A stretch of DNA of 63,842 bases, counting the filler, from Octopus bimaculoides (Eukaryota), in the NCBI RefSeq assembly GCF_001194135.2. It is 7 parts of 7 records of this genome, joined end to end, with 100 filler letters (N's around TTAATTAATTAA, not from the genome) between each part and the next. Parts side by side here need not be neighbours in the genome. Positions count along the whole stretch, not along the records: positions 25,072 to 34,737 come from NC_068982.1; positions 34,838 to 42,937 come from NC_068986.1; 5 more parts are not named here. One strand, written 5' to 3'. The notes under the pieces were generated by a model. That model was not told the DNA's origin. It worked only from the letters and a program-made list of their open reading frames with translations, and did not search any database. The position numbers were made by a program, and so were the translations under genes. Shown in pieces: positions 26,345-39,644 of this stretch; within the stretch, counting starts at the first letter, position 1; each line of letters opens with the position of its first letter.

Positions 26345-27239
26345 GCGTGTGTGTTTGGGTGTGTTTTTAACCTCCTCTACCGCTTCCTTATGTCCCTGGA
26401 ACCTAGCAGTTTGGCAAAACAGAAAGGTAGTTGCCATAAATGCAGCCTCGATAAATTATACCACGTAAGTTTTCCAATTTACAGTCTTAAACATTTGATA
26501 CGTTCATCGACATCATTATTGTTGCGTAATAGTACAAACAATACGTTACGCTATTGGGTGTACGTATGCAGTATACAAACCTGTAAACACCACAAAGTGA
26601 GTTCATAAAAAAAGTAAAGCAGGTTTTAATTTATTATACAAACACAAAAAAAAAAAAAATTATTAATTATACGCAAGCATATTTGAAGAAAGAAAAATAT
26701 ATTGGCAGACTAGCAGAAACGAAATCATGAGGTGGAGTAAACAAACCTCAGAAGTTATTACCAATAGATCTGTGTATTATATTTATATGATGAAATCTAA
26801 TAAAGCTGAAATGAAGAAGTATTATCCTTTTAACAAGAAAAAAAAATACGAAAATATTGCACAAGTAGTAAACAATAAATAATGATGTTAACATGAAAGA
26901 ATAAAAGAACATCATATTCATTCGATTTTCTAAATAAACAAGCCATTAAATCATCAAAAAATAATATTTGACAGTATTCAAGAACAGTGAATGAAATATT
27001 ATTTTAACTTCACCTTTAGTAAGAGAAATTACTATCTAATTAACAGGTCGCTTCATGCTAAACATAATTTACTATGTATTGTGCAGATTATTCAAAGCCC
27101 TTCCTTTAACTATATATATTACGATTAAATGACATAATGCTCAAATATTTTATCAACAAATTCTTTCAGATATTTCTGCAATGTTTCAACGTTCTGTAGA
27201 ATAATTTATTGGTGTTATTATTGTCATTATTCAGAAAGT

Positions 27240-27705
27240 GACAGGATGGCAGAATCGTTATCACGCCGGGCGAAATGCTTAGAGTTCAAATTCCACCGGG
27301 TTCGACCAAAATTCCATGCCTTGTGACTATAGTAGAAAGGATCATTATCATTACTCATGCGGTGAGCTGACAGAATAGTTAACACGTTGCACGAATATAC
27401 TTAATTGTATTTCGCCTGTCGCAACATTCAGTGTTCAAATTCCGCCGGGATCGATTTTGCCTTTTATCCTTCCGGGTTCGATAAAATAAGCACCAGTTGA
27501 GCACTAAGCTTAGCGGTAATTCGCCCGTCGCTACGTTCTGAGTTCAAATTCTATGAGGATCGAAATTGCCTTTTATCCTTTCGGGGTTGACAAAATAAGC
27601 AAAGTCGACCTCGGTGGAACTTCAACACAGATCGCAGAGGCAGACAAAATATCGCTATGCTTTTCATCCATCGTGCAAACGATTCTGCCAGCTCACCACC
27701 TTTAA
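27240..27705. mobile_element. Cluster of SINE B fragments (three +, one -)
   Basis: Repeated gagttcaaattcc / gccttttatccttt.ggg..gataaaataagc motifs. Confidence 0.8.
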
Positions 27706-27748
27706 TAGTAATAATAATAATAATAATTATGATGATAATAATAATAAT

Positions 27749-27815
<67 letters not shown>

Positions 27816-27817
27816 GC

Positions 27818-27851
<34 letters not shown>

Positions 27852-27862
27852 ACAACAACAAC

Positions 27863-27905
<43 letters not shown>
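27705..27905. repeat. (AAT)/(AAC) compound microsatellite
   Basis: Direct reading. Confidence 0.97.
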
Positions 27906-27906
<1 letters not shown>

Positions 27907-30116
27907 GTCAAATGTCGCTCTTTCAGGAGGTTCTTCTTAAGTCGGAAATATTTACGTGAACAGTAATGTTAGAAGGTGTGTTTTTTTTTTCTCCATTAAT
28001 AACTGCATCAATACTCACTCATAGAAGTTGTACTTCTCCATTTGTCATTAACAGAATTAGCTGCATTATTCCACTTGCATAGAGACATGTAAACGCTCTT
28101 AGTCAGGTCTTCAACGGATTTTTTATATTTGGTTTCTTGAACGTAAAAATCATTGTTTCTCAAGATGTTCAGTGTAATTTTCTGAAAGCTTCATCTAATA
28201 TGCAATATACACTTTGCTGTTTTGTGTCAGAAATTTCTCCCCGAAAATATTTGCTTTCTGTAGTATTACTTCTAACTTATAATTTTCTTTTATTTCATTC
28301 TATAACGTAACATAATCGAATCTGGTTTGTTTTTGAATAGTAATTTTGTAGAAAATAACAGAGGATCGCATTATTAATGCGATGATAAATGTTTTCATCA
28401 ATTGTTTGAATCAACAGATTTCCCTATGGTTAGTACCTGAACGAAAACTAAATCTCTTTCTTAGTGGAGACTGCCATGTTTAAATATCTCATAGTTATGT
28501 CCTATCTGAACATGTTATCTGCAGCTTTAACATAAAGCTACAAATCATCAATGCAGTTTGTTATGTGACTGTTTCGTCTAACAGCAATCATTTTGAACGA
28601 GCTCGCTTGCTAACGTCTTTAGCACGCCCACATGCAAGGATTACTCCCAGACAAGCAAGCCTAGAGGAAATTTCTTCATCTGAACACTTGTTGAATGTCT
28701 AAAATCCCTTGCTTCAAAATTCCCAGGAAATATTGTGAAATATTCGCTGACGCACAAAATCGTTCGCAGATTTCTATTACTACCAGTCAATGTAAGCATT
28801 TTATGTATAGTTATAGAAATAATGGTCTTTCGACTGGCTGCGTTTTCTAACTTACTGCAATAAACTTCAAGCGAAATTCCAGTCTCTAAACAGCCACTCT
28901 GGTCTGCATCACACCAGCTGTGTAAACTAAATACAATAAATACACAAATAAAAACAGAAGAAATACCCTGTGCTGTATAAGTGCCGCCTCTTTGAACAAT
29001 AGGTAATGATACAAATATCAATTACTGAAATAAAAACGGAAGATTTCAACGAAACATTAGAAAATTTATATTTACAAAAGAACTGACATTTAGGTTTCAT
29101 CTCCTAATGCATCAATGTAAGCGGAGTTACGAGACATCGCATTTAGTACAAACAATGCATACCATACATGACAATGGGCAACAGCAATCAGGAAAGCAAT
29201 ATTGATTTCTAACGCAGTTTCAGGGCTTCAGATGAAAACAATATTAACACCTATTCCTGAACTGCAAATACTAAGTACATACAACAGTTACCGTAATGGG
29301 AATTGGTTCGCATTGTAATATATATCAAGCCAGGTTAACATATATGGACGGCTTAATATGACGACACGGATGAAAGATATGTATATACATAAATAGATAC
29401 ATACATACATACATACATACATACACACATACATACATGTGTGTGTATGCATGTATGTATGTGTATATACACGCGCACACATAAATATTCATGCTTCTAT
29501 TTACATACATGTGTATATGCATTTATGTTTATATATATATATATANNNNNNNNNNTCTTGCTGTTTTGTTTATTGTACATCGGTTTGCGCTTTACCGATT
29601 TCTCTAGCATATCGATTTTACTATTAGAAAGGTCCTGTTTTACGTTTCTAGGGGGGGGGGGAGTCGAAGATGGTGACAAGTACTAACGTCCCATGTGCAG
29701 GTTTGAAAATTACGGAAAAATCGTCTCTGGCGGGAAATCAATGGAGATATGTCAGCGCGCAAATAAAATAAGATTTATATATAACATGAGATAATCTTGA
29801 TCACTAAATTCATGTAGAAGTAGTGTATAACACAGAATATTCCGTTATTTGCCTTCAGAGTGAATACAAGATGTAGTAATTATATCGTTGACGATCAAAA
29901 ATTGCTTGCTACAGTCGCCGGAACTGCCAGGCACGTGAATGTCTTTGTTATGTGGTCTTCACTGGAAGATGTCTAGCAGATAGAATCTCAATGTTTATCC
30001 ACACGCTGGCGTAGCAGATAGCCAGTGGCCTTTTTAAAAAGATAAATAGTCGCGACAGAATCAGTATTAATACCAAAGGTAATCTTGATCTCCAGCTTAA
30101 CGTAGAAGTTGTGTCC

Positions 30117-30176
<60 letters not shown>

Positions 30177-30429
30177 TATGTATATATCATAGATTTACAA
30201 ATACAGACATTGATAATAAAAATATCTCATGCTTTTCACTTCACTTCTACTTTTCTCAATTTTTATATTTGAAGACGGTCACTTCTTACTTGCCAAATAA
30301 ACAAACGCACAATATATTCTTTCTTCACTTGTTTTTCGCAATGAATAACAGAAAAGGAGGAATTTTATTCGAAAGTTCTCTGGTGACACTACTCCATACA
30401 GTTCTATATTTAAGAGATGATGAATTATG

Positions 30430-30525
30430 TACATTATTTATATTTGACGGCTATTTGTCCTCATCTTGTTTGTTGTTAACAACAAACAAAATGAGGACAA
30501 ATATCCATTAAATGTAAATAATGGA
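30430..30525. repeat. Loopless palindrome made of two inverted SINE D tail segments
   Basis: 48-nt arms with ~6 mismatches, centred on GTT|AAC (30477/30478). Confidence 0.9.
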
Positions 30526-33159
30526 AATAAGGTACACTACACCAGATTAGTTCGTTTTGTTTTTGTACATAACACTAAATGATGAATAACGTTACGACGA
30601 TTAATCCCATTGTTCTTTATACAATCTTGATTATGATGTCTCGTTATGTTTAGGCCCAGATTTGAAACAATGAGAGTTTTTACGCAACATCATCCAATTC
30701 ACTTTAAGACTAAATTTCTACTGTTAAAGGATTCAGTATACTGGCAAGCTTTTTGTACATAAACACACTGTTATTAAATTCACGTTTATATCTTACTGAT
30801 TATTAATTATTTTTTAAACTATTAATTCCCACTTGCTGAGGACACTTGTAACAATATTAAGTGGAGAATTCACAAAAAAAAAAAAACAAGTCAGGTGGTT
30901 TAGAAAACAAACAGATGTATTAGTATAACGCTCGGGAATTGAAAAAAGTGTTTAACATTTCGAGCCTACGCTCTTCCACAGAAAGGAACACAGAAAGAAA
31001 CAAGGAGAGAGAAAAATGTGTGTACTGGCTAGCGATCTATCAAAACAATATTAAGGCGTATTACAATATCCCGCTTTCTAGGGAAAGGAGACATTGGATC
31101 ATATGGCTCTAGATTACAAAACTTCACGAGTGGCATAACTGGAAGGAGCTAACTTATACATATTCGATCATACCTCAGTATCGACTTTCTAGATATCACA
31201 AGCACTGAGTGTGACCAATATCTTAACAATTATTACCATGAAGACAGCCTGGATTCACTTTTAAATCAGATACATCCTCACCATCGTTAATTATCATTAC
31301 AGACATCATAACTGTATTTGACTTATTTATTACTCTGTCTGGACGCGTCGATTATACTAAATTTCACATCAGCTTCTATAAAAATAAAAATAAAAATGAA
31401 AACTTTCCTGATTTATTATTTTTACTTTTCTTTATGGTAAAGAAATAAAGAAGACATTTATAAGGACACAGCTGTTGCATCTTCCTTTCCAGATCAATAG
31501 TATTAGTGTATAGTGTATGCATTTTATTCTCGTTATTGTCTTTCTTGTGGTGTTCTAGTAATATCATTACTCTGAATTCCTATTCAGCTGGTGAGCATAT
31601 AAGATCCATCTGGTTAGTCATGTGAAGTCTGTTAAGTATTTGCAAGCGCCATATCATCCATTATTATTTTCTTCACAAGTAAACCATATGCTAAAAAATA
31701 AAAAAATCTGTGCATGGTATATATACATATAAAAGTATACATGCACACACCCACACACAAACACGCACGCGTGTATGCACACACATGATTATAGACATGA
31801 TAATATATAGACGTAGAGCTACATCCATAGCTACATACACACACGCCTAAATACCTACATACACATACACGTATATGTGTATGTGTGTGTGCGTGTGTAT
31901 GCGTGTATGAGTGTGTATATATATTTATATACATATACAGGAGTGATGTATGTAAATGCCTGCAAATACACACATAGACCTACAGACTTGCTATATAAGT
32001 TTTTTAAACTCTTTCAAACGTTTCAGCTTGATTTGTGTCTCCCTATTATTTTGGGGAGAAAAATGATTTATAAGACAATTATTACATATATATAAGTCAC
32101 AGACAGAATAAATAAGCACAAAGTAATACTTGAAATAAAGATGTATATATAACAAAACCTTATTCATGTGACATTGCTGTATGCATAACATTTGGATACA
32201 TAACCATTATACAAACACGTGTGAGTGCGTGTATATCTATGTGTGTGTATTCGTGCATCAATGTGTGTTCGTGTGCAGTTATATCTTCATCGTATTGGCT
32301 ATATGCTAACATTTTTACGCTAACAATTTAGATATATGCCTCGTACGCTAATACAAAAATAGACCGTTGGATCTGACAAGAAACCTGCACATATTTATAC
32401 ACATCCATCCATACATGCATTCATACATATACATATGTTTATATATGTTTGTAACTATGCAGATATATTTATGACTATATTATGAATATATACATGTGGG
32501 CGAATATGTGTGTATGCGCACGCGAGTGCGTATTTGTGTGTTTGTGCATGTGCATAATTATATACATATTCTAAAGATATTTAACAATAGAATAAACTAT
32601 CACCGTGAACATCAGTCATTGCATTTTAGGACGAATGAATAGTAGCATCTTTATACTTAACAACAAAAGCTCACTAGTGATAAGACCATATATCTAACTG
32701 AATATCTAAGTCACTGAAGTGCTATGGATCGCAGGCTCATTGACGAAAAGCACTAAGTTATAAATTAATGATACAAAAAACGTAAACGTATTATATAGTA
32801 TTTCGTGAAGCTCATGAAGTTCAGCACACGGGGAGAATAGAAGAACCGGGGCAACTGACGAAATATTTGAAGCGTTGAGTTAGTATGAAATAAATCAACG
32901 TGGCAGTGGGGAACAGTTTGGGTTAAATGCATTCGATACTTCAGCTGGAATTGTAAATTATCATTATATCTAGTTAGATTTAACTTGAGTTTTGTCGGGG
33001 ACTTTATGTCTCTTCAATAGACCTACGCCAAACTGAAAGCTGCAAATCAATACATATAGTTCACCGGAATATATCGGCTTGTCGATCTCGTTATTGATAT
33101 TATATTAGGCAACTGGGGAAAATAAATATATTTGAACATAGAACACACACACACATACA

Positions 33160-33193
<34 letters not shown>

Positions 33194-34094
33194 NNNNNNN
33201 NNNNNNNNNNNNNNNNNNNNNNNNNNNNNNNNNNNNNNNNNNNNNNNNNNNNNNNNNNNNNNNNNNNNNNNNNNNNNNNNNNNNNNNNNNNNNNNNNNNN
33301 NNNNNNNNNNNNNNNNNNNNNNNNNNNNNNNNNNNNNNNNNNNNNNNNNNNNNNNNNNNNNNNNNNNNNNNNNNNNNNNNNNNNNNNNNNNNNNNNNNNN
33401 NNNNNNNNNNNNNNNNNNNNNNNNNNNNNNNNNNNNNNNNNNNNNNNNNNNNNNNNNNNNNNNNNNNNNNNNNNNNNNNNNNNNNNNNNNNNNNNNNNNN
33501 NNNNNNNNNNNNNNNNNNNNNNNNNNNNNNNNNNNNNNNNNNNNNNNNNNNNNNNNNNNNNNNNNNNNNNNNNNNNNNNNNNNNNNNNNNNNNNNNNNNN
33601 NNNNNNNNNNNNNNNNNNNNNNNNNNNNNNNNNNNNNNNNNNNNNNNNNNNNNNNNNNNNNNNNNNNNNNNNNNNNNNNNNNNNNNNNNNNNNNNNNNNN
33701 NNNNNNNNNNNNNNNNNNNNNNNNNNNNNNNNNNNNNNNNNNNNNNNNNNNNNNNNNNNNNNNNNNNNNNNNNNNNNNNNNNNNNNNNNNNNNNNNNNNN
33801 NNNNNNNNNNNNNNNNNNNNNNNNNNNNNNNNNNNNNNNNNNNNNNNNNNNNNNNNNNNNNNNNNNNNNNNNNNNNNNNNNNNNNNNNNNNNNNNNNNNN
33901 NNNNNNNNNNNNNNNNNNNNNNNNNNNNNNNNNNNNNNNNNNNNNNNNNNNNNNNNNNNNNNNNNNNNNNNNNNNNNNNNNNNNNNNNNNNNNNNNNNNN
34001 NNNNNNNNNNNNNNNNNNNNNNNNNNNNNNNNNNNNNNNNNNNNNNNNNNNNNNNNNNNNNNNNNNNNNNNNNNNNNNNNNNNNNNNNNNNNNN

Positions 34095-34125
<31 letters not shown>

Positions 34126-34379
34126 CCTACACACAAATACACACATATATGTATCTATGTTTGTATGTATGTATGTATGTATGTATGTATGTACGCATGT
34201 ATGTGTGTAAGCCTTGTGACTAGATATGGTGGACGGAAACTGAAACATACTTGTCGTATATATGTGTGTGTGAGTGTGTGTGTGTGAGTGTGTGTGTGTG
34301 TGCGCGTGCGTGTGTGCACGCGCGCGTGTATGTGTGAATGTATGTGCGTGTGTATGTGTAGGTGTGTGTATCAGTGTCT

Positions 34380-34737
34380 GTATTTGTCGCCCCACTTTCG
34401 CTTGACAACTGGTGTTGGTATGTATACGGCCCCGTAACCTTGTACTTCGGCAAAAGATCGATACAATATGTATATAAACATATTCAAATTCCGCCGAGGT
34501 CGACTTTGCGTTTCATCCTTTCGGGGTCGATAAATTAAGTACCAGTTACGCACTGGGGTCGATGTAATCGACTTAATCCTTTTGTCTGTCCTTGTTTTCC
34601 CCCTCTAGGTTTAGCCCCTTGTGGGCAATAAAGAAGTAGGAAGCGAGCTTCCAAATCACATGGTTCCTTTTCAGCCTCTGACCGACCAAACTCTTGACAG
34701 TGGATTCGGTAGGCGGAAATAGAAAGAAGCCCATTAT
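34380..34737 (+). mobile_element. SINE A tail with nested SINE B fragment and a further SINE A fragment
   Basis: cgcttgacaactggtgttgg...; ttcaaattccgccgaggtcgactttgc (34484-34640). Confidence 0.75.
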
Positions 34738-34837
34738 NNNNNNNNNNNNNNNNNNNNNNNNNNNNNNNNNNNNNNNNNNNNTTAATTAATTAANNNNNNN
34801 NNNNNNNNNNNNNNNNNNNNNNNNNNNNNNNNNNNNN

Positions 34838-35305
34838 GTTCCAATCTGATTTGGCATGGTTTCTACCACCAGATACCCATCCTAGTGCCAATCACTCCTG
34901 GCATGTAGTGGGTGCTTTTTACTTGCCAGTTACAAAACACTAGCATTGGCCATGGCTATCATCTCACTGGGCTTGACAGGTCTTCTCAAGCATGGGGTAT
35001 TGCCAAAGGTCTTGGTCACTTGTCACTGCCTCTGTGAGGCCCAAAGTTTGGAGGGTACTTTTCATGTGTTATTGGCACAGGTGCCAGTTTTGTAACATTG
35101 GCATCAGCCACAACAATGATTTCATGTGGCTTGATGTAGAAGGGCTTCCACACAGCTTCCATTAACTATATTCATTCACAAAGCATTGGTCAGCCTGTAG
35201 CTGTAGTAGAAGACACTTGCCTAAGGTGTTGCATAGTGAGACTGAACCGAAAACCACATTGCAAAGCAAGCTTCTTAACCACACAGCTATGCCTGCACCT
35301 ATAGC
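34838..35305 (-). mobile_element. RTE 3'UTR fragment followed by SINE A
   Basis: Similar to 14930-15470 and to the reverse complement of family A. Confidence 0.75.
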
Positions 35306-35861
35306 AACACTGACCTCATATTACATACTCATGTCTTAAAGAAAAAAAATGTACACATTGAATATAAATTTATGTGTGAATAAAAGACAGAATGGTCATA
35401 GCTAGAACAGGAGTCTGTTTGATCAGGAGTGATATGGGAGTTAAACAACAGCAACAGAAGCAGCAATAGTAGTAGCAGCAGCAATGACATCATCATCATC
35501 AGCAGCAATCGACTTATTGACATTTNNNNNNNNNNNNNNNNNNNNNNNNNNNNNNNNNNNNNNNNNNNNNNNNNNNNNNNNNNNNNNNNNNNNNNNNNNN
35601 NNNNNNNNNNNNNNNNNNNNNNNNNNNNNNNNNNNNNNNNNNNNNNNNNNNNNNNNNNNNNNNNNNNNNNNNNNNNNNNNNNNNNNNNNNNNNNNNNNNN
35701 NNNNNNNNNNNNNNNNNNNNNNNNNNTACCAATACTATAACTCAGGTCCTTTTGCTTACCACTTTTTCATCATCTGTTCTTTCCAGAATATCAACCTTCT
35801 AGAATTTCTAGCCACCTACATTTTTCCCTATCAGATACAAAGTTCCATCCTTGTTGTGATG

Positions 35862-38800
35862 TGCTACCTTGTGTGCCACAATGCCCCTGAGAGTTATGTG
35901 GAGCCCTATAGCACACTTACGAGGGTGGCACATCCTGGGCGGCACATTAACCCTAACCCTAACCCTAGCCCTAACCCTAATATTAACCCTAACGCTAGCC
36001 CTAACATTAACCCTAACCCTAACACTAGCCCTCATCCTAACCCTGACCCTTGGCCCCTGACACTTGACCTCTGACCCTTGGCCCCTGACCCTTGGCGCTT
36101 GACCCTTGGTCCAACCCTTAACATTTGATAATTGACCTTTGACACTTGGCCCTTGACCTTTGACCCATGGCACCTGACCTTTGATCATTGGCACCTGACC
36201 TTTGACCCTTGGCCACTGACCTTTGACCCTGACCTTTGACCCCGGACATTTGACCCCTGAACTTTGACCCTCGGCGGCACATATGGTGAGCCCTATGGCA
36301 CAATTACGAGGGTGGCACATGTGGGGAGCCATATGGCACACTTATGAGGGTGGCACATCCTTGGTGGCACATATAGGGAGCCCTATGGCATACTTACGAG
36401 GGTGGCACACTTACAAGGGTGGCACATCCTGGGCGGCACATTAGCCCTAACCCTAACCCTAGCTCTAACATTAACCCTAATCCTAACCCTTGACCCTTGG
36501 CCCTTGACCTTTGATCATTGACCTTTGACACTTGGCTCTTGACCTTTGGCTCTTGGACCCTGACCTTTGACCCTTGGCCCTGACTTTTGACCTTTGACCC
36601 TTGGCCCTGACTTTTGACCTTTGACCCTTGGCGGCACATATGGGGAGACCTATGGCACTATTACGGAGGGAGGCACATACTTGGTGGTACATACTTGGCG
36701 GCACATTAACCCTAACCCTAACATTAATCCTAACCCTAATATTAACCCTAACCCTAGCCCTAATATTAACACAAACTCTAACCGTAACCCTAACCCTAAC
36801 ACCTGACACTTGCCCCTGACCCTTGGCCCTGACCTTTGATGCTTGACCCCTGACCTTTGACCTTTGATCATTGACCTTTGACACTGACCTTTGACCTTTG
36901 TTCCTCGGCGGCACATATGGGGAGCCCTATGACACACTTACGAGGGTGGCACATCCTTGGCGGCACATATAGGGAGCCCTATGGCACACTTACGAGGGTG
37001 GTACATCCTGGGCGGCACATTAACCCTAACCCTAACACTAACCCTATCCCTATCCCTAAACCAAACCCTAACCCTAACCCTAACACCTGACCCATAACCC
37101 TTGACCCTTGGCACCTGACCCTAGGCCCTTGACCTTTGGCTCCTGACCTTTGACCATTTACTCCTGACGATTGACCCTTGACCTCTTACCTTTGACCCCT
37201 GACCCTTGACCTTTGACTCCATGACCTTTGACCCCATGACCTTTGACCCCTGATCTTTGACCCTCGGCGACACATCCTTGGTGGCACATATAGGGAGCCG
37301 TATGGCACACTTACGAGGGTGGCACATCCTGGGCGGCATATTAGCCTAGCCCTAACTCTAACCTTGACCCTTGGCACCTGACCCTTGGCACCTGACCCTT
37401 GGCCCTTGACCTTTGACCCATGGCCCTGACCTTTGACCCATGGCACCTGGCCGTTGACACCTGACCTTTGACCCTTGGTGGCGCATCCTTGGCGGCACAT
37501 ATGGGGAGCCCTATGGCACTATTATGAGGGTGGCACATCTTTGGCGGCACATGTGGGGAGCGCTATGGCACACTTAGGAGGGTGGCACATCCTGGGCGGC
37601 ACATATGGGGAGCCCTATGGCACACTTTCGAGGGTGGCACATACTTGGTGGCACATACTTGGCGTAACATCTTTGGCGGCACACTTACGAGGGTGGAACA
37701 TCCTGGGCGGCACATTAACCCTAACCCTAACTCTAACCCTAGCCCTAACATTAACACAAACTCTAACACTAACCCTAACACCTGACACTTGCCCCTGACC
37801 CTTGGCCCCTGACCCTTGGCGCTTGGCCCTGACCTTTGACGCTTGACCCCTGACCTTTGACCTTTGTTCATTGACCTTTGACCCTGACCTTTGACCTTTG
37901 ATACTCGGCGGCACATCCTAGGCTGCACATATGGGGAGCCGTATGGCACACTTACGAGGGTGGAACATGCTTGGCGTCACATGTGGGGAGCTCTATGGCA
38001 CACTTAGGAGGGTGGCACATCCTGGGCGGCACATATAGGGAGCCCTATGGCACACTTATGAGGGTGGTACATCCTTGGCGGCACATATAGGGAGCGCTAT
38101 GGCACACTTACGAGGGTGGCACATCCTGGGCGGTACATTAGCCCTAACCCTAACATTAACCTTAACCCTAGCTCTAACATTAACCCTAACCCTAACCCTA
38201 ACCCTTGACCCATGGCACCTGACCCTTGACCCTTGGCACCTGACCCTTGACCCTTGGCCCTTGACCTTTGATCATTGACCTTTGATCATTGACCTTTGAC
38301 ACTAGGCCCTAGACCTTTGACCCTTGGCCCCTGACCTTTGACCTTTGACCCTTGGCGGCACATATAGGGAGCCCTATTCCACACTTAGGAGGGTGGCACA
38401 TCCTTGGCGGCACATATGGGGAGTCCTATGGCACACTTACGAGGGCTAACCCTAACATTAACCCTAACCCTAATATTAACCCTAACCCTAACATTAACCC
38501 TAACACTAGCCCTAACCCTAATATTAACCCTAATCCTAGGCCTAACATTAACCCTAACCCTAACACTAACCCTAGCCCTAATCCTAAACCTAGCCCTAAC
38601 CCAGCCCTGAACCCTGACCCTTGACCCTTGGCCCCTGACCCTTGACCCTTGACACTTGACCACTGACCTTTGACACTTGGCCACTGACATTTGACCCTTG
38701 ACCTTTTACCCGTGACGGCACATATGGGGAGCCCTATGGCACACGTAGGAGGGTGGCACATCCTGGGCGGCACATATGGAGAGCCCTATGGCACACTTAC

Positions 38801-39027
38801 GAGTGTGGCACATCCTGGGCTGCACATCATTGGTGGCACATATAGGGAGCCTTATGGCACACTTACGAGGGTGGCACATCCCGGTCGGCACATATGGGGA
38901 GCCCTATGGCACATCCTTGGCGGCAATCCTTGGCGGCACATGCTTGGCGACACAACCTTGGCGGCACATATGGGGAGCCCTATGGCACACTTACGAGGGT
39001 TGCACATCCTTGGCGGCACCTATGGGT
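35862..39027. repeat. Tripartite higher-order satellite: GGCACA block, (CCCTAA)-like block, (TGACCTT/TGACCC) block; ~8 cycles
   Basis: Invariant block order; cycles of ~270-450 bp; ~53-bp subunit ggcggcacatatggggagccctatggcacacttacgagggtggcacatccttg. Confidence 0.95.
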
Positions 39028-39029
39028 AG

Positions 39030-39555
39030 TCCTCAGCCGTCTGGACTACTGCTCTCAGCTGTGGTCACCTTAAAGTACCAAATTAATAGCGGAACTTGAG
39101 GCGGTTCAGTGATGCAAACACAAGGAAGATTGCATGAATGGAACTGAAATACTGGGAGAGACTGAAAGAGCTGCGACTCTACTCTCTGGAGCGAAGATGG
39201 GAGAGGTATGCAGTGATATACGTGTGGAAGATATTAGAGGGGCTGGCACCAAGCTTTGGAATTGAGAGTTATACCAGATCTCGTATTGGACCATCTAAGG
39301 TGTGAACCATTACTGCAACAGCTTGGGATTCAAGGGTTCACAGCTATTTAACGCCTAGCCAAAACATCTGAGGGATCTCTATGGAATAGGAGTAGATATT
39401 ATCAAGAAACAACTTGATCTCTTGCTGTCCAAGATACTAGACAAACCAAGATCCTAGACAAACCAATATCAAGGCAGCAAACTCAAAAGAGGGCAGCAGT
39501 GTCAAATTCCTTCCTTCACCAAAAGCCAGTCACATAGAATCGGCCAATTAAAAAG
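39030..39555 (+). mobile_element. CR1-clade LINE 3' fragment
   Basis: LSRLDYCSQLWSP...YWERLKELRLYSLERRWERYAVIYVWKILEG...YCNSLGFKGSQLFN. Confidence 0.9.
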
Positions 39556-39611
39556 CGATAACACTGGTGGTTCCCCAGCATGGCACAGCCTCAGGACTGA
39601 AACATATAAAA

Positions 39612-39644
<33 letters not shown>

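Noticed and set aside
28641-29021. 126-aa ORF with a hydrophobic stretch as a secreted or membrane protein
   Set aside because: The hydrophobic part is a T-rich tract resembling an intron 3' end; no recognisable domain
33100-34395. Long ORFs spanning N runs (also 1284, 39861, 40844, 51802 and 58326)
   Set aside because: Length comes from X codons; only the CR1 part of 40844-42256 has real coding ancestry
35862-39027. CRISPR-like repeat-spacer array
   Set aside because: The intervening blocks are themselves repeats, not unique spacers; eukaryotic context with no cas genes
35808-39099. NPNP-, TLTL- and GQRSKVKG-repeat ORFs in the satellite as a repetitive structural protein
   Set aside because: All six frames give short overlapping ORFs with constant frameshifts; no frame is preserved
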